The notes under the pieces were generated by a model. That model worked only from the letters and a program-made list of their open reading frames with translations. It was not told the DNA's origin and did no database searches. From a virus (Duplodnaviria > Caudoviricetes), in the IMG/VR virus record IMGVR_UViG_3300024265_000058, positions 1-56,182 of that record: a stretch of 56,182 bases of DNA; one strand, given 5' to 3'. Positions 46,004 through 55,313 of this stretch are shown piece by piece. Numbering within the stretch: the first letter of the stretch is position 1; every line of letters starts with the position of its first letter. Made by a program: the position numbers and the translations under genes.

Positions 46004-46738
46004 ATGGCACTGGACACCACAGAAGATCGATTTAACGGTGTGATCGCATCACTGGCGATCAAGGCGCCCTGCATCGCAGTGCAGCTCACGCCACTGACTG
46101 ACCTCGAGGGCCTGCTGGTAGTCGATGGCTTTCAGACGGCTGAGTTCGACCGGGTGCTGGTGATCGCGCAGACCGATGCGGTAGAGAATGGCATCTACAA
46201 CGTGCGCACATCCGAGTGGGATCGAGCTGCTGACTTCGACGGCAACCGCGATGTGGCACAGGGCACGATAGTCAATGTGGAGCGCATCACTGGATTCAGC
46301 CAAGTGTATGAGCAGCGCGAGGTCGAGCCGGTCATTGGTACTGACGATATTACATGGCGGCTCTGGTATGACGCCTCGACGGCGGCTGCTTGTGGCATCG
46401 TAAACTCGCTCGGGTTCACGATTCTCAATCAGTCGCTTGGCAGTGTGACCAACACCGTCACCATTGACTACCAGCTCGGGCAGGGCATCACGCTGACGCT
46501 GACCGAGGATGTGACCAACATCGTTTTTCAGAATATCTGCCCCGGCAATGTGACGCAGCTCGAGTTTGACATCCGGCAGGATTCGGTGCCCTGGACAATC
46601 ACATGGCCGGCGACAATCAAGTGGCGCAATGGCACGGCGCCTGATATCTCAAGCGCCGATAGCATCACGCAGGTCCATCTGCGCAGCACCGATGGCGGGC
46701 TCGAGTGGCTCGGCACCTTCTCGGAGAATCATGGCTGA
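46004..46738 (+). CDS. Tail fibre-like protein 1
   Basis: DRVLV..QTD.VENGIY...W.RA.D N-domain; C-terminal RQD...ITWPATIKW..G.AP. Confidence 0.75.
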   Translation: MALDTTEDRFNGVIASLAIKAPCIAVQLTPLTDLEGLLVVDGFQTAEFDRVLVIAQTDAVENGIYNVRTSEWDRAADFDGNRDVAQGTIVNVERITGFSQVYEQREVEPVIGTDDITWRLWYDASTAAACGIVNSLGFTILNQSLGSVTNTVTIDYQLGQGITLTLTEDVTNIVFQNICPGNVTQLEFDIRQDSVPWTITWPATIKWRNGTAPDISSADSITQVHLRSTDGGLEWLGTFSENHG

Positions 46739-49011
46739 TGGGAATGATCCTCGGCCATCACATTCCCGGTCGGACTGGCGCTGCGCCAGCCGCGGATTCC
46801 TGCTCGTATTCAGTCAAGTCGGATGACCCTACGCCTGAGCCTTTCAGCACTCCGGGCGGCAGCCGTCGCGACGTTCGTTTCAGGCAGGATGGCTTACGTG
46901 CGTGGACACACTGGACGGTATCGGTCGGTGGCGACGATACGCACCAGTACGATATATCTCCTGCGTGGTCATTGCTCCAAGCCGACTGGACGCCAAACGG
47001 TGGCATACTCCGCAACACCAGCCTTAACCGCTCGATGGAGTGGCACGACAACGGCACCAAGCTGACATTTCTCTCCCGCTGGTTCTCAAGTTTTCGGAGG
47101 ATAGATACCTTCGATCATTCAGCAGCTCCCTACGATATTTCAGGTGGGCTTGGTCCGGGGCTCGGGGGCTTTACAGCGCTGACCGGTGTTGGCGAATACA
47201 TGGCCCGCTGGAGCCTCGATGGATTCAGTCTCTTTGTCGATACGCAATCGGTCAACATGCAGCGGTACATCATGACGACCGCGCATGACATCACGACCAT
47301 CACCGGGTTCGATCAGTTCTGGAATTACGGGGCCTTTGTCGGCGGCACTAATACGTGGGACTTCTCAGCCGATCACACCAGAATTTACTTTGCCCCGAGC
47401 GGCGGCGACATCAAATCAATGGACCTGACGGCGCCGGATGACATCTCGGCACCGTTCAACTTAATCACTGGTCCCGATACGGACCTGCCCTCCAATTTGC
47501 AGGTCCCGAGGGGGCTGAATATCCGAGCGGATACCGGCGACATCATCCTGCTTGGCGACCAGAATAATCAGCGCATCAGGTGTTGGTCCGGGGGCGTGGC
47601 TCCTACGACTGACGCTGATTTCAATGATGTAGTGCTGCTGCTGGATTTCGATGGCCCGGACCAAGGCACCAACATCACCGACCTGTCGAATTCCGGCCAT
47701 AACGAGACGTTTTTCGACAATGCTCAGATTGATGTTACTGGCAGGTCACTGGGAAAAAACACGCTGCTGCTGGATGGCGCCGGTGATTTCATCACATTCC
47801 CTGACAGCGCCGACTGGGATTTTGGCACCGCTGATTTCACGATTGAATTCACGGTGGACTTTGACGCTATCTCTACCGCTCAGACATTCATGGGCAACTA
47901 CCTGACCGGTGCCGGCGACGACAAGGGCATCTCGGTCGAGATCGATGCGTCCAATAATATCCGCGTGTTGAATGGCGACTCGGTCCTGTATTCAGAGGCT
48001 TGGGCGGGCGCGGCGATCAACACCACGTTTTTCATATTGGTCAGCCGGTCTGGCACTGACCTGCGGGTATTCATTGACGGCGTCCAGCTCGGCAGCACGG
48101 TGGTCGATTCGACAAATTTCACTGGCTCGGTCCAGCCTTGGCGCATTGGTACGCTGGATGGAGCGGCGCAATTTGTGGGCGGCAACATGGGTTCGGTGCG
48201 AATCACCAAGGGCGTGGCGCGTCAGACTTCAAACTTCACGGTGCCGGGTTGCTTCTATCCACACGATCCAGTGCCGGCATCGCCTGTCACCGCGTCAGGC
48301 TCACCGTCGATCACTAAACCGACCTCGGCCGGCGAGGCCCTCGTCATCTCAAGCCCCGCGATTGAAGCGGGCGCCCCACTCATTGGCCCCGGTATCAACG
48401 TACTGATTCCCGCATCACCGACCGAAACGGTAGATGATAGGCTTTTTGTCTATTCAAACGTCTCGTCAGGGGCCATTGTGGATGGCACCTGGACAGCGCT
48501 TGCCACTGCGCCTGCTGGTTTCGAGGTACTGACCAAGATAGCAGCGGGCGATGCGACGGATGAGGCCCGTTCTGGCAGCGCGTTAGTCCATGCGGTTTAT
48601 ATAAAATTCACCATGAAGGATATCGCGGGGGCAGGGTCATGGGATTTCAACGCACAAAGCACCCTGCGCAACACTAACCGCACTGCATTCGATTGCAATT
48701 CGCTGGCCTCGTTCGGTACGCCAGCGCCGAGCTGCTCATTTTTTGCAGGCGTCAGGGTTGCAACTGGTAATGATGCTGATGGTATTGGCGATTTCTCTGA
48801 TGCGGCGTGGAATGCACCGCCGAATGGCGGGACAATCCTGAAAGTGAGGACATTCAATCCGCTACCGACCACAAGCACCCATTGGTCAGCGATCAGTTTC
48901 CTTTGCGAGCCGACAAAGGTGAGCTATCCCACTGGCATGTTCTGGGCCAGTGCAGGGGCGCCAAGCAATTACCTGACAAGCACTCGCGGTTGGCGGTACG
49001 ATCACGATTAG
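46738..49011 (+). CDS. Receptor-binding/tail protein with beta-propeller-like repeats and a LamG/ConA domain
   Basis: F..DG....QYDIS.AW repeats; VVLLLDFDG...DFGTADFTIE...RITKGVAR.T.NFT.P. Confidence 0.8.
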   Translation: MGMILGHHIPGRTGAAPAADSCSYSVKSDDPTPEPFSTPGGSRRDVRFRQDGLRAWTHWTVSVGGDDTHQYDISPAWSLLQADWTPNGGILRNTSLNRSMEWHDNGTKLTFLSRWFSSFRRIDTFDHSAAPYDISGGLGPGLGGFTALTGVGEYMARWSLDGFSLFVDTQSVNMQRYIMTTAHDITTITGFDQFWNYGAFVGGTNTWDFSADHTRIYFAPSGGDIKSMDLTAPDDISAPFNLITGPDTDLPSNLQVPRGLNIRADTGDIILLGDQNNQRIRCWSGGVAPTTDADFNDVVLLLDFDGPDQGTNITDLSNSGHNETFFDNAQIDVTGRSLGKNTLLLDGAGDFITFPDSADWDFGTADFTIEFTVDFDAISTAQTFMGNYLTGAGDDKGISVEIDASNNIRVLNGDSVLYSEAWAGAAINTTFFILVSRSGTDLRVFIDGVQLGSTVVDSTNFTGSVQPWRIGTLDGAAQFVGGNMGSVRITKGVARQTSNFTVPGCFYPHDPVPASPVTASGSPSITKPTSAGEALVISSPAIEAGAPLIGPGINVLIPASPTETVDDRLFVYSNVSSGAIVDGTWTALATAPAGFEVLTKIAAGDATDEARSGSALVHAVYIKFTMKDIAGAGSWDFNAQSTLRNTNRTAFDCNSLASFGTPAPSCSFFAGVRVATGNDADGIGDFSDAAWNAPPNGGTILKVRTFNPLPTTSTHWSAISFLCEPTKVSYPTGMFWASAGAPSNYLTSTRGWRYDHD

Positions 49012-49023
49012 AGGTCAAAGGAT

Positions 49024-50628
49024 ATGGGACTCAATCAATCAGAAGATAGATTCAACGGCGTCATCGCCTCGCTCGCCATCAAGGCACCCTGCAAAACGGT
49101 AACTGACGGCGTCGGCAACATCCTCCTCGAGGGCGAGCAGACTATCAACGCCATCGCGGTAGTTGTAGATGATCGGGTGCTGGTCATGGAGCAGACTGAC
49201 CCGGTCGAGAATGGCATTTACAACGTGCGGACCTCTACCTGGGAGCGGTCGGCCGACTGGGATGGCAACCGCGATGTGGTCAAAGGCACCCTCGTCACCG
49301 TCAACCGGCCGCCGAATAATCTGACTTGCTATGTGCAGGTCAATCTGGGCGTCGGTCAGGATGAGCCGACAATCGACACCGATCCGGTCAACTTCTCGAT
49401 ATTTTTCACTCAGACCAGCAGCCTCGATGACCTCGATGATGTTGACCTGACCGGCTGCACCGACGACGACCTGATGTACTGGTCAGGCGGGGTGCTGGTC
49501 TGCACCCTTGGCGACCTGACCTGGGACGGCCTCGACTTAACCATCAACGGGAATTTGGAAATGCCCGTGCTCGGGGCGCCAAGGCTTATCAATGCAAACG
49601 GCTCCATCGCAGCGCCCAATGTCCTGTTTAATAATCTCGATGATGATAGTGGCGTCGTCACCAGCTTGGATTCAATGTGGCATGTGGTCGGCGGGTTTAC
49701 TGCGGTCAATTACCGCGAGCGCAGTGACCATGTAATTGTGACCAGTGAGGCGCACGTAGGCCTGACGGCCAGCACCACACAGACTCAGGCCGGCGCTCTG
49801 GAACTGCTATCGACTTACAATCAGATCACGACCGTCGCAAATTCGGGCGATGCCGTGCGCCTGCCTACCGCATTCCAAACGCTTAATCAGGGTCGCCGCA
49901 TGTTGATTATCAATGACGGCGCAGAATCCATGCAGATGTTCCCGACAACCGATCAGGATATCGGCGCCGGTCAGGATCAGCCGCTCGACTTGGCGGCCGG
50001 TCAGAGTGCGTATTTTCTTGCAGTCAGCAATAGCATACCGTCAGTAAATTGGCGGCAGATTTTCGTGGCCTCGGCCAGCGGCAGCGTCGGCAGCCTTGCC
50101 CCGCTACGTGGCTGCAAGGCTTATAAGACTGCGGGCTTTGCGTGGCCTCGCAACGACCTGCCCGGATTCACGATCCCAGATAATGCACCGGGCGGCACTT
50201 CGGTTGTGATCGATTTCAATGCGGAGGTTTTTGATACCGATAGCATCCATGACAACGTCACCAACAACAGCCGTTTCACGATTCCATCCGGCATCACTCA
50301 GGTCGAGATGATTGTCGGCTATATGCTGGACTCTCTCGGCACCGCTCAGGCTGGTCTGGGGCATGTTTACTTGCGGAAAAACGGTATCCAGCGGGGTGTT
50401 GTGGATACCATCATGCCATCTCGGTGGCCGTGGAATTCGGACAACAATGGTGGCGGCACAAATGATGTAGGCGGTGGCACGACTGGCGAGGCTGGCATGA
50501 TCGGCTGGTATTCAGGTGTCATCAACATCACCGATTCTGATTACTTGGAGGTTCTGGTGCTCAGCCAAGCGGGCAGCAGGGATACACCGGCCAATGGAAT
50601 CTGGGCTGAAATGAGGTTACTGGCATGA
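49024..50628 (+). CDS. Tail fibre protein 2 with a C1q/TNF-like C-terminal head
   Basis: N-domain paralogous to 46004; LDDLDDVD; IDFNAEVFDTD..HD..TNNSRFTIP...LRKNG...DYLEV. Confidence 0.8.
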   Translation: MGLNQSEDRFNGVIASLAIKAPCKTVTDGVGNILLEGEQTINAIAVVVDDRVLVMEQTDPVENGIYNVRTSTWERSADWDGNRDVVKGTLVTVNRPPNNLTCYVQVNLGVGQDEPTIDTDPVNFSIFFTQTSSLDDLDDVDLTGCTDDDLMYWSGGVLVCTLGDLTWDGLDLTINGNLEMPVLGAPRLINANGSIAAPNVLFNNLDDDSGVVTSLDSMWHVVGGFTAVNYRERSDHVIVTSEAHVGLTASTTQTQAGALELLSTYNQITTVANSGDAVRLPTAFQTLNQGRRMLIINDGAESMQMFPTTDQDIGAGQDQPLDLAAGQSAYFLAVSNSIPSVNWRQIFVASASGSVGSLAPLRGCKAYKTAGFAWPRNDLPGFTIPDNAPGGTSVVIDFNAEVFDTDSIHDNVTNNSRFTIPSGITQVEMIVGYMLDSLGTAQAGLGHVYLRKNGIQRGVVDTIMPSRWPWNSDNNGGGTNDVGGGTTGEAGMIGWYSGVINITDSDYLEVLVLSQAGSRDTPANGIWAEMRLLA

Positions 50629-51017
50629 GCGATGATCGTACATACGTGGTACTGCATACGGGTGCTGATCCGGCGTCATTCAATCATTTTATCAACAATG
50701 ACCTTGGCTTTTTCGAGTTCGAGCCTGCGACCGATACCTTTGGAGTCCTCGAAAGTTTCATCAATCAGGCGGCGCTCGATGGCAGGGCGACTGCCTACCA
50801 AGCGCAGCAGGCTCAGGCCGATCAGGACCATCAGGACGCTCGGGCTGCCGCGGCCACTGCCGGCCTGCAGAATCAATATGGCAATGACATAAACCTCAAC
50901 GCGGTGGTTGAGGTCATGCGGGTCGAGCTGAATGAGCTGCGGGCCTTACATTCACTGCCAGACATAACGGAGCCAGCAATGGACGCCAAGGTTAGAGCGG
51001 AGATCGCAAACCCATGA
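50625..51017 (+). CDS. Hypothetical protein (possible fibre chaperone)
   Basis: ATGA overlap with the fibre gene. Confidence 0.65.
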   Translation: MSDDRTYVVLHTGADPASFNHFINNDLGFFEFEPATDTFGVLESFINQAALDGRATAYQAQQAQADQDHQDARAAAATAGLQNQYGNDINLNAVVEVMRVELNELRALHSLPDITEPAMDAKVRAEIANP

Positions 51018-51481
51018 ACATCACAGCATTCGACATCGCGCAGCGATTCACAGGCATGAAGGAAATCGGCGGCTCGGTAGACAATCCACAGATCATGGCC
51101 ATGCTCAAGCTCGATGCTGACTGGCCCGAGGAGGACGAGGTTCCGTGGTGCTCTGCATTCGCGAACTACGTCTGCTGGCTGCTCAGGCTGCCTCGGTCCA
51201 AGAGTCTGCGGGCTCGATCATGGCTACGGATCGGCAAGGGCATCCTGTTGAATGAGGCGAGGGCGGGTGACATCGTCATCCTGCAGCGGGGCAAGGGCGA
51301 GCAGCCTGGGCCCGAGGTTATCGAGGCACCGGGGCATGTAGGATTTTATGCCGGCTACATTCCCGGCCCTGTTGGTGGCGAACTGGGGTTGATCGAGGTA
51401 CTCGGCGGCAATCAATCTGACACGGTGAAGGTTTCGCGGTATCCTGCCGACCGCCTGCTTGGTGTGAGGAGACTGACATGA
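51014..51481 (+). CDS. TIGR02594-family CHAP/NlpC-like peptidoglycan hydrolase (probable endolysin)
   Basis: DEVPWCSAF.N...S.RARSW...GDIVIL.RG...GHVGFY...VLGGNQSD.V. Confidence 0.88.
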   Translation: MNITAFDIAQRFTGMKEIGGSVDNPQIMAMLKLDADWPEEDEVPWCSAFANYVCWLLRLPRSKSLRARSWLRIGKGILLNEARAGDIVILQRGKGEQPGPEVIEAPGHVGFYAGYIPGPVGGELGLIEVLGGNQSDTVKVSRYPADRLLGVRRLT

Positions 51482-51897
51482 AAAAGCTCATTCAGTGTGT
51501 GATCGCAGCACTCCTGTTCGGATCGATAACGATTTCGGTGGCGCAAGCGCCAAGCTACCCTCGCGATGCCATTGTCTGCTGGACGCATCCCACTGAGTAC
51601 GAGCTGCTTCCCGGTCAGACCGTAGCGGATCCGATCCTCGACGGCGATCTCGCCAACACGCGCATCACCGCCGAGCGCCAGAATGCACTGGTGGTCATCG
51701 ATGAGCTGGTGCCCGTGACCGGGGTTCCCGGCAGTGCCCAGTGCAAAACTTTCGTCGGCGCGATCCCGCAACCTGGGACCTACACTTTCGTTGGCTACAG
51801 CATCACAGTCGATGACATCAGCTCGGACGCCAGCGCAGCGGCGGTCAAAAAGTACACGGGAAAACCGAATCCCCCAAACGGTCTGGGTGTTCAATAG
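51478..51897 (+). CDS. Secreted fibronectin-III-like protein
   Basis: Sec signal MKKLIQCVIAALLFG...AQA; W..PT...G.Y.F...SD.S...PNPPNGL. Confidence 0.65.
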   Translation: MKKLIQCVIAALLFGSITISVAQAPSYPRDAIVCWTHPTEYELLPGQTVADPILDGDLANTRITAERQNALVVIDELVPVTGVPGSAQCKTFVGAIPQPGTYTFVGYSITVDDISSDASAAAVKKYTGKPNPPNGLGVQ

Positions 51898-51909
51898 GAG
51901 GTTAGCGTA

Positions 51910-52167
51910 ATGGAATATGTGTTCCTGATAATCGCACTACTCGCGGGCACCGCCACGCACATCGTCAAGAAAGTGGTGGAGGTCCGCAAAACCGATGAGG
52001 ACTACCAGCTCAAGGACTGGCTGACCAAGTACCCGTACCGCACCGTGCTCACGGCGATGGCCGGGGCCGGGGGCTTCCTCGGGCTGATGGCAGCCGGCGA
52101 GCTGAGCTATGCCTCGTCATTCATGGTGGGCTTCATGGCGAATAGCCTCGGCGGTGTCGCCAAGTGA
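51910..52167 (+). CDS. Putative holin
   Basis: 85 aa with 2-3 hydrophobic segments; lies in the lysis cassette. Confidence 0.6.
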   Translation: MEYVFLIIALLAGTATHIVKKVVEVRKTDEDYQLKDWLTKYPYRTVLTAMAGAGGFLGLMAAGELSYASSFMVGFMANSLGGVAK

Positions 52168-52460
52168 AAAAGTACCTGTACGCCGCGGCCGGCGGGCTCG
52201 CTCTGCTGGCCTTCTGGATTCTCGGCGGTCCCTCGAGGGCTGCGACCAAGGCAGGCAAGCAGCGCGATGACCTGATCCTCGAGGGCTCAGGTAGGGCCAA
52301 GGCCAAGGCGCACAAGGCTGGCATCAAGGCCGATGCTCACCAGAAAAATGCAGTGGTGGCTGGCGAGCAGGGCAAGAAAATCATGGACAGCGTAGGGACA
52401 AATGATGAATCGATGGCTGATCTACTGGATTCTTGGCGCAAGCCTGTTGACGGCGTGTAG
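52164..52460 (+). CDS. Putative i-spanin (Rz-like)
   Basis: N-terminal TM segment then a helical region; overlapped by a lipoprotein gene. Confidence 0.55.
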   Translation: MKKYLYAAAGGLALLAFWILGGPSRAATKAGKQRDDLILEGSGRAKAKAHKAGIKADAHQKNAVVAGEQGKKIMDSVGTNDESMADLLDSWRKPVDGV

Positions 52461-52836
52461 TACCACGCCGACTGAGCTGCCTACCTGCGAGATTCCGGGG
52501 CCCTCCCCGGAGGTCGGCCAGCCCGTGAGTGTCCCTGAGATGCCCGTAGAGGCCTCGCGCACTTTGGACACTGCAACCTTCGACCGGGATGGCATCGTGC
52601 AGCTCACGCAGCTACGTGTGGCTGCAGTGACAAATGAGACGGTCGCCGCGGAGAATGCTGCAGCGCTCGAGGCGCGCAACACCGAAGTCAACGAGCTGAT
52701 AGAGTGCGCCCGCTACGCAGGCATCTGGATGGAGGTTCGTGAGGAGGCGCTCGAGCAGGAGCGGCAGGATCACCTGATGGATAACATGATGCGCAATGGT
52801 TTGATCCTCTTACTGGCGGCGGGGTTGGCACTATGA
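52402..52836 (+). CDS. Lipoprotein, spanin-like, with C-terminal hydrophobic tail
   Basis: Lipobox LLTAC; Pro-rich then helical; ends GLILLLAAGLAL. Confidence 0.65.
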   Translation: MMNRWLIYWILGASLLTACSTTPTELPTCEIPGPSPEVGQPVSVPEMPVEASRTLDTATFDRDGIVQLTQLRVAAVTNETVAAENAAALEARNTEVNELIECARYAGIWMEVREEALEQERQDHLMDNMMRNGLILLLAAGLAL

Positions 52837-53555
52837 TGACTTTGAAACGATTCAAATGGCTTATCTTGGCCCTGATCGTGTTGCTGATCTTGTTCCTGAT
52901 CGGTCCTCCAGCAGCCCTGGCCAGCGATGATGAGCGCGGGCCCAATGTCGATGTCGTGACTGATGTGACGACCGATGTGGTCACTGATGTCACGACCAAT
53001 GTGACCGGCGGCGACATGGTCAATCAGATTGACGGCGATTCATACTCCTCGCGGGCGTATGGGTTCTCGCACTCGCTTGGCGACGTTGATATCAACCAGT
53101 GCATCGTGACCAAGCAGACCGGCACATTCATCGTGAGCTGGCAGGGCTATGACTACAATCTGTGGTGCATGGGCGAGGTATTCGACGCCAAGGGCCTGTT
53201 TAAGATGGGCGCCGAGATGCGCTGCGATATCCCGCCGATTGCCAGCAAGTTTGAGTTTCGTTCGGACTGCCTGCTGGCCAACACCGTCGATCAGGAGGTC
53301 ACTGAGTCACCGGCGCATCTGGAACTCTATCAGCAGGCGGCCAGATTCGAGGTACTCGAGGATGAGCATGACGAGGAGCTGGATCGGGTGCAGGACAAGC
53401 AGGCCATGTTGATCGAGCGACTGGACAGCTACGAGCAGCAGCTCGCGCAGCGGCCCGAGCCGGTCTACGTGCAGGCCGAGCCGCGGATCAGCGAGGAGCA
53501 GATCGAGGAGGCGTGGCAGATCATCAAGGGAGCAAAAGGGGAGCCGGAAAAATGA
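52833..53555 (+). CDS. Membrane-anchored/exported protein with DVVT/DVTT repeats and a coiled coil
   Basis: KRFKWLILALIVLLILFLIG leader; four Cys; acidic helical C-terminus. Confidence 0.65.
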   Translation: MMTLKRFKWLILALIVLLILFLIGPPAALASDDERGPNVDVVTDVTTDVVTDVTTNVTGGDMVNQIDGDSYSSRAYGFSHSLGDVDINQCIVTKQTGTFIVSWQGYDYNLWCMGEVFDAKGLFKMGAEMRCDIPPIASKFEFRSDCLLANTVDQEVTESPAHLELYQQAARFEVLEDEHDEELDRVQDKQAMLIERLDSYEQQLAQRPEPVYVQAEPRISEEQIEEAWQIIKGAKGEPEK

Positions 53556-53851
53556 GTACGTGGGAACAGCTCAAGGATATCAAGGGATTGCTTGCGAGCC
53601 TCGCTGCGCTGGCCACGGTGCTTATCGTGATCGGCAGTGTGCTTATGGATTGGCGCGTCTCAGTCGCGGTTGCAGCCGAGCTGGCAAAGCAGGACATCGC
53701 GACCGACACCAAGATCATCTCGATGGATGATGAGATCGATGAGAATGGTGCGGGGGTGGCGGCCAACAAGGACAACATCGAGGACAACGAGCGCCGGGTC
53801 GAGCAGGCCTTTGCCGTGTTGCTCGGTCGCGATCCTGACGAGACGCCATAA
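53552..53851 (+). CDS. Single-TM coiled-coil protein
   Basis: ATGA overlap; LLASLAALATVLIVIGSVL. Confidence 0.65.
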   Translation: MSTWEQLKDIKGLLASLAALATVLIVIGSVLMDWRVSVAVAAELAKQDIATDTKIISMDDEIDENGAGVAANKDNIEDNERRVEQAFAVLLGRDPDETP

Positions 53852-53873
53852 AAAAGGGCGCCCGAAGGCGCCC
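53850..53873 (-). terminator. Intrinsic terminator with cUUCGg loop
   Basis: - strand GGGCGCC-TTCG-GGCGCCC-TTTTTT. Confidence 0.85.
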
Positions 53874-53879
53874 CCGTTC

Positions 53880-54098
53880 TTACCTCCTCCGCTTGCCGCG
53901 CTCGATGAACTCCAAGGCCGTATCGCAGATCGCGATATTCGATCCGTAAAACTTCATCATCTGCACTCGCAACTGACAGTAGCGGCCTTTCGGGTTCCAC
54001 CGCTCGGCCAGCTCGAGGCCTGATGCCGAAGCCTTCCGTATTACTTCCAAGCGCGCCCGGAATTTTGCTACACTTGGTTTACCCGTAGATTGATACAT
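53880..54098 (-). CDS. Small basic hypothetical protein in its own transcription unit
   Basis: SD AGAGGAGA; own terminator; upstream extended -10. Confidence 0.7.
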   Translation of the reverse strand: MYQSTGKPSVAKFRARLEVIRKASASGLELAERWNPKGRYCQLRVQMMKFYGSNIAICDTALEFIERGKRRR

Positions 54099-54130
54099 CC
54101 AAAATCTCCTCTGTGGGTATCCAGAACACA

Positions 54131-54155
54131 GCCCCGGCCCAGTGCCGGGGTTTTT
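54131..54155 (+). terminator. Intrinsic terminator, possible end of the late transcript
   Basis: GCCCCGGC-CCAGT-GCCGGGGT-TTTT. Confidence 0.7.
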
Positions 54156-54166
54156 ACTGCCCAGTT

Positions 54167-54175
54167 AGTATAACA
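54167..54175 (-). promoter_or_regulatory. Extended -10 promoter element
   Basis: - strand TGtTATACT, about 70 nt upstream of ATG 54098. Confidence 0.5.
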
Positions 54176-54265
54176 TCCTCAGTTTTTTCATAGACTTGCG
54201 TGGGTTTTGGGCCCGAGCCTCGACCGAGGCTGCTGGCCTGCAGAGTGATCCGATCTCACTTGCGC

Positions 54266-54291
54266 AAAAAAAAGGGCGCAGGTATGCGCCC
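54266..54291 (-). terminator. Intrinsic terminator ending the recombination operon
   Basis: - strand GGGCGCA-TACC-TGCGCCC-TTTTTTTT. Confidence 0.85.
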
Positions 54292-54334
54292 CTTCCTCCC
54301 GCCACTCAGCAGCCGGCTGGCGGGTGCCGGTTTC

Positions 54335-54655
54335 CTACGAGGAAACTGGTCGCGGGGCCCGGTTCCATGCAGCCTTGGCCCGCTCTGCCATCTTATCCTT
54401 GTCCACGTTGTAGTTGTTGCTGAACTCGACCATCCATTCGCTGCAGCAATCTCCGAATACGTGGCCGCGCTTCTTGTTGTTGTCCAGCTCGAGCATCAGC
54501 ATCATCGGCTGCTTGCCGCAGGGGCAGGGCTCCAGATGGATGCGCACAAGGCCATCATCCTCGTCGGCCGGTGGCGTGAACTCGTCGCGCTTCTGCCGGC
54601 GCGGCTCCTGTGTTGCCGGGTCGATCTCGATATCGTTGGGTTTATCTTGACTCAT
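54335..54655 (-). CDS. Lar-like zinc-ribbon hypothetical protein
   Basis: LEPCPCG..P...CC...A..AWNR motif. Confidence 0.65.
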   Translation of the reverse strand: MSQDKPNDIEIDPATQEPRRQKRDEFTPPADEDDGLVRIHLEPCPCGKQPMMLMLELDNNKKRGHVFGDCCSEWMVEFSNNYNVDKDKMAERAKAAWNRAPRPVSS

Positions 54656-55313
54656 ATTCCAGCTCCGCTCGCTCGTAACATTCCTTCATGAATTCGATGG
54701 CCCGCTCCTCCATCCTGTCGATCAGCTCTTGGTCGCGGGGCACCGGGACGCGGTGAATCTTCTGCACCTGGCCGCCCTCCATGTCGTCACCGATATAATA
54801 ATTCACGTACCACCAGAAGGCATAGCCGCTCACCCACATCGCACCCTGAACCTGATGCCGGTCGGCCGCGGGGCAGCATCGTCTCGTGCCCTTGTGCAGG
54901 TCGGCGTCGGCCACGGTCGTCCGGTAGTTTTTGTAGAGCTTGCGAATTTTCATCTCGCCGCCCTCGTCATACTGGCCCTTGTCGTTGATGTGCAGAAAAT
55001 CCGGCGAGGCTGCCAGCCAATCATATTGTTTATGTATTAGGAAAATATTGTGCTCGAGCTTCTGCTCGAATCTCCACTGGTAGCCGGCCAAGGCCTTGGG
55101 CTCATGCTCGCGGCCCTCACGGGCCCACTCGGGCGATTCCTCGACGTTCTTATTGCCGAGCAGCTCGAGCACGATCTCCTGCCTGTACTTGGTGTAGGCC
55201 TTGGTGTCTTTCTTGGCCATGACCTTGCGCAGGCAGGATGCCGTGATACGGGTGCGCCTGAGATCGAGCCACTCGTCCGATCCCTGCTCGACCTGAATGA
55301 TGCGGCCCTCCAT
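54642..55313 (-). CDS. YqaJ / lambda-exonuclease-family protein
   Basis: QGSDEWL.LR...ITAS, G.E.EP.A, AASPD, EMK, QVQG.MWV motifs; adjacent to ERF. Confidence 0.92.
   Translation of the reverse strand: MEGRIIQVEQGSDEWLDLRRTRITASCLRKVMAKKDTKAYTKYRQEIVLELLGNKNVEESPEWAREGREHEPKALAGYQWRFEQKLEHNIFLIHKQYDWLAASPDFLHINDKGQYDEGGEMKIRKLYKNYRTTVADADLHKGTRRCCPAADRHQVQGAMWVSGYAFWWYVNYYIGDDMEGGQVQKIHRVPVPRDQELIDRMEERAIEFMKECYERAELEYESR

Noticed and set aside
46004-50628. Diversity-generating retroelement, given the BPP-1-like structural genes
   Set aside because: No reverse transcriptase ORF; the duplicated fibre segments are both coding, N-terminal, and not limited to adenine differences.
52950-52998. 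12-nt-period repeat as a contingency locus
   Set aside because: The units are degenerate at DNA level and encode DVVT/DVTT, so it is a protein repeat rather than a slippage tract.
54330-54346. CCTACGAGGAAAC matching the SD region at 1487-1499
   Set aside because: It lies antisense over a stop codon with no convincing downstream gene; probably chance.
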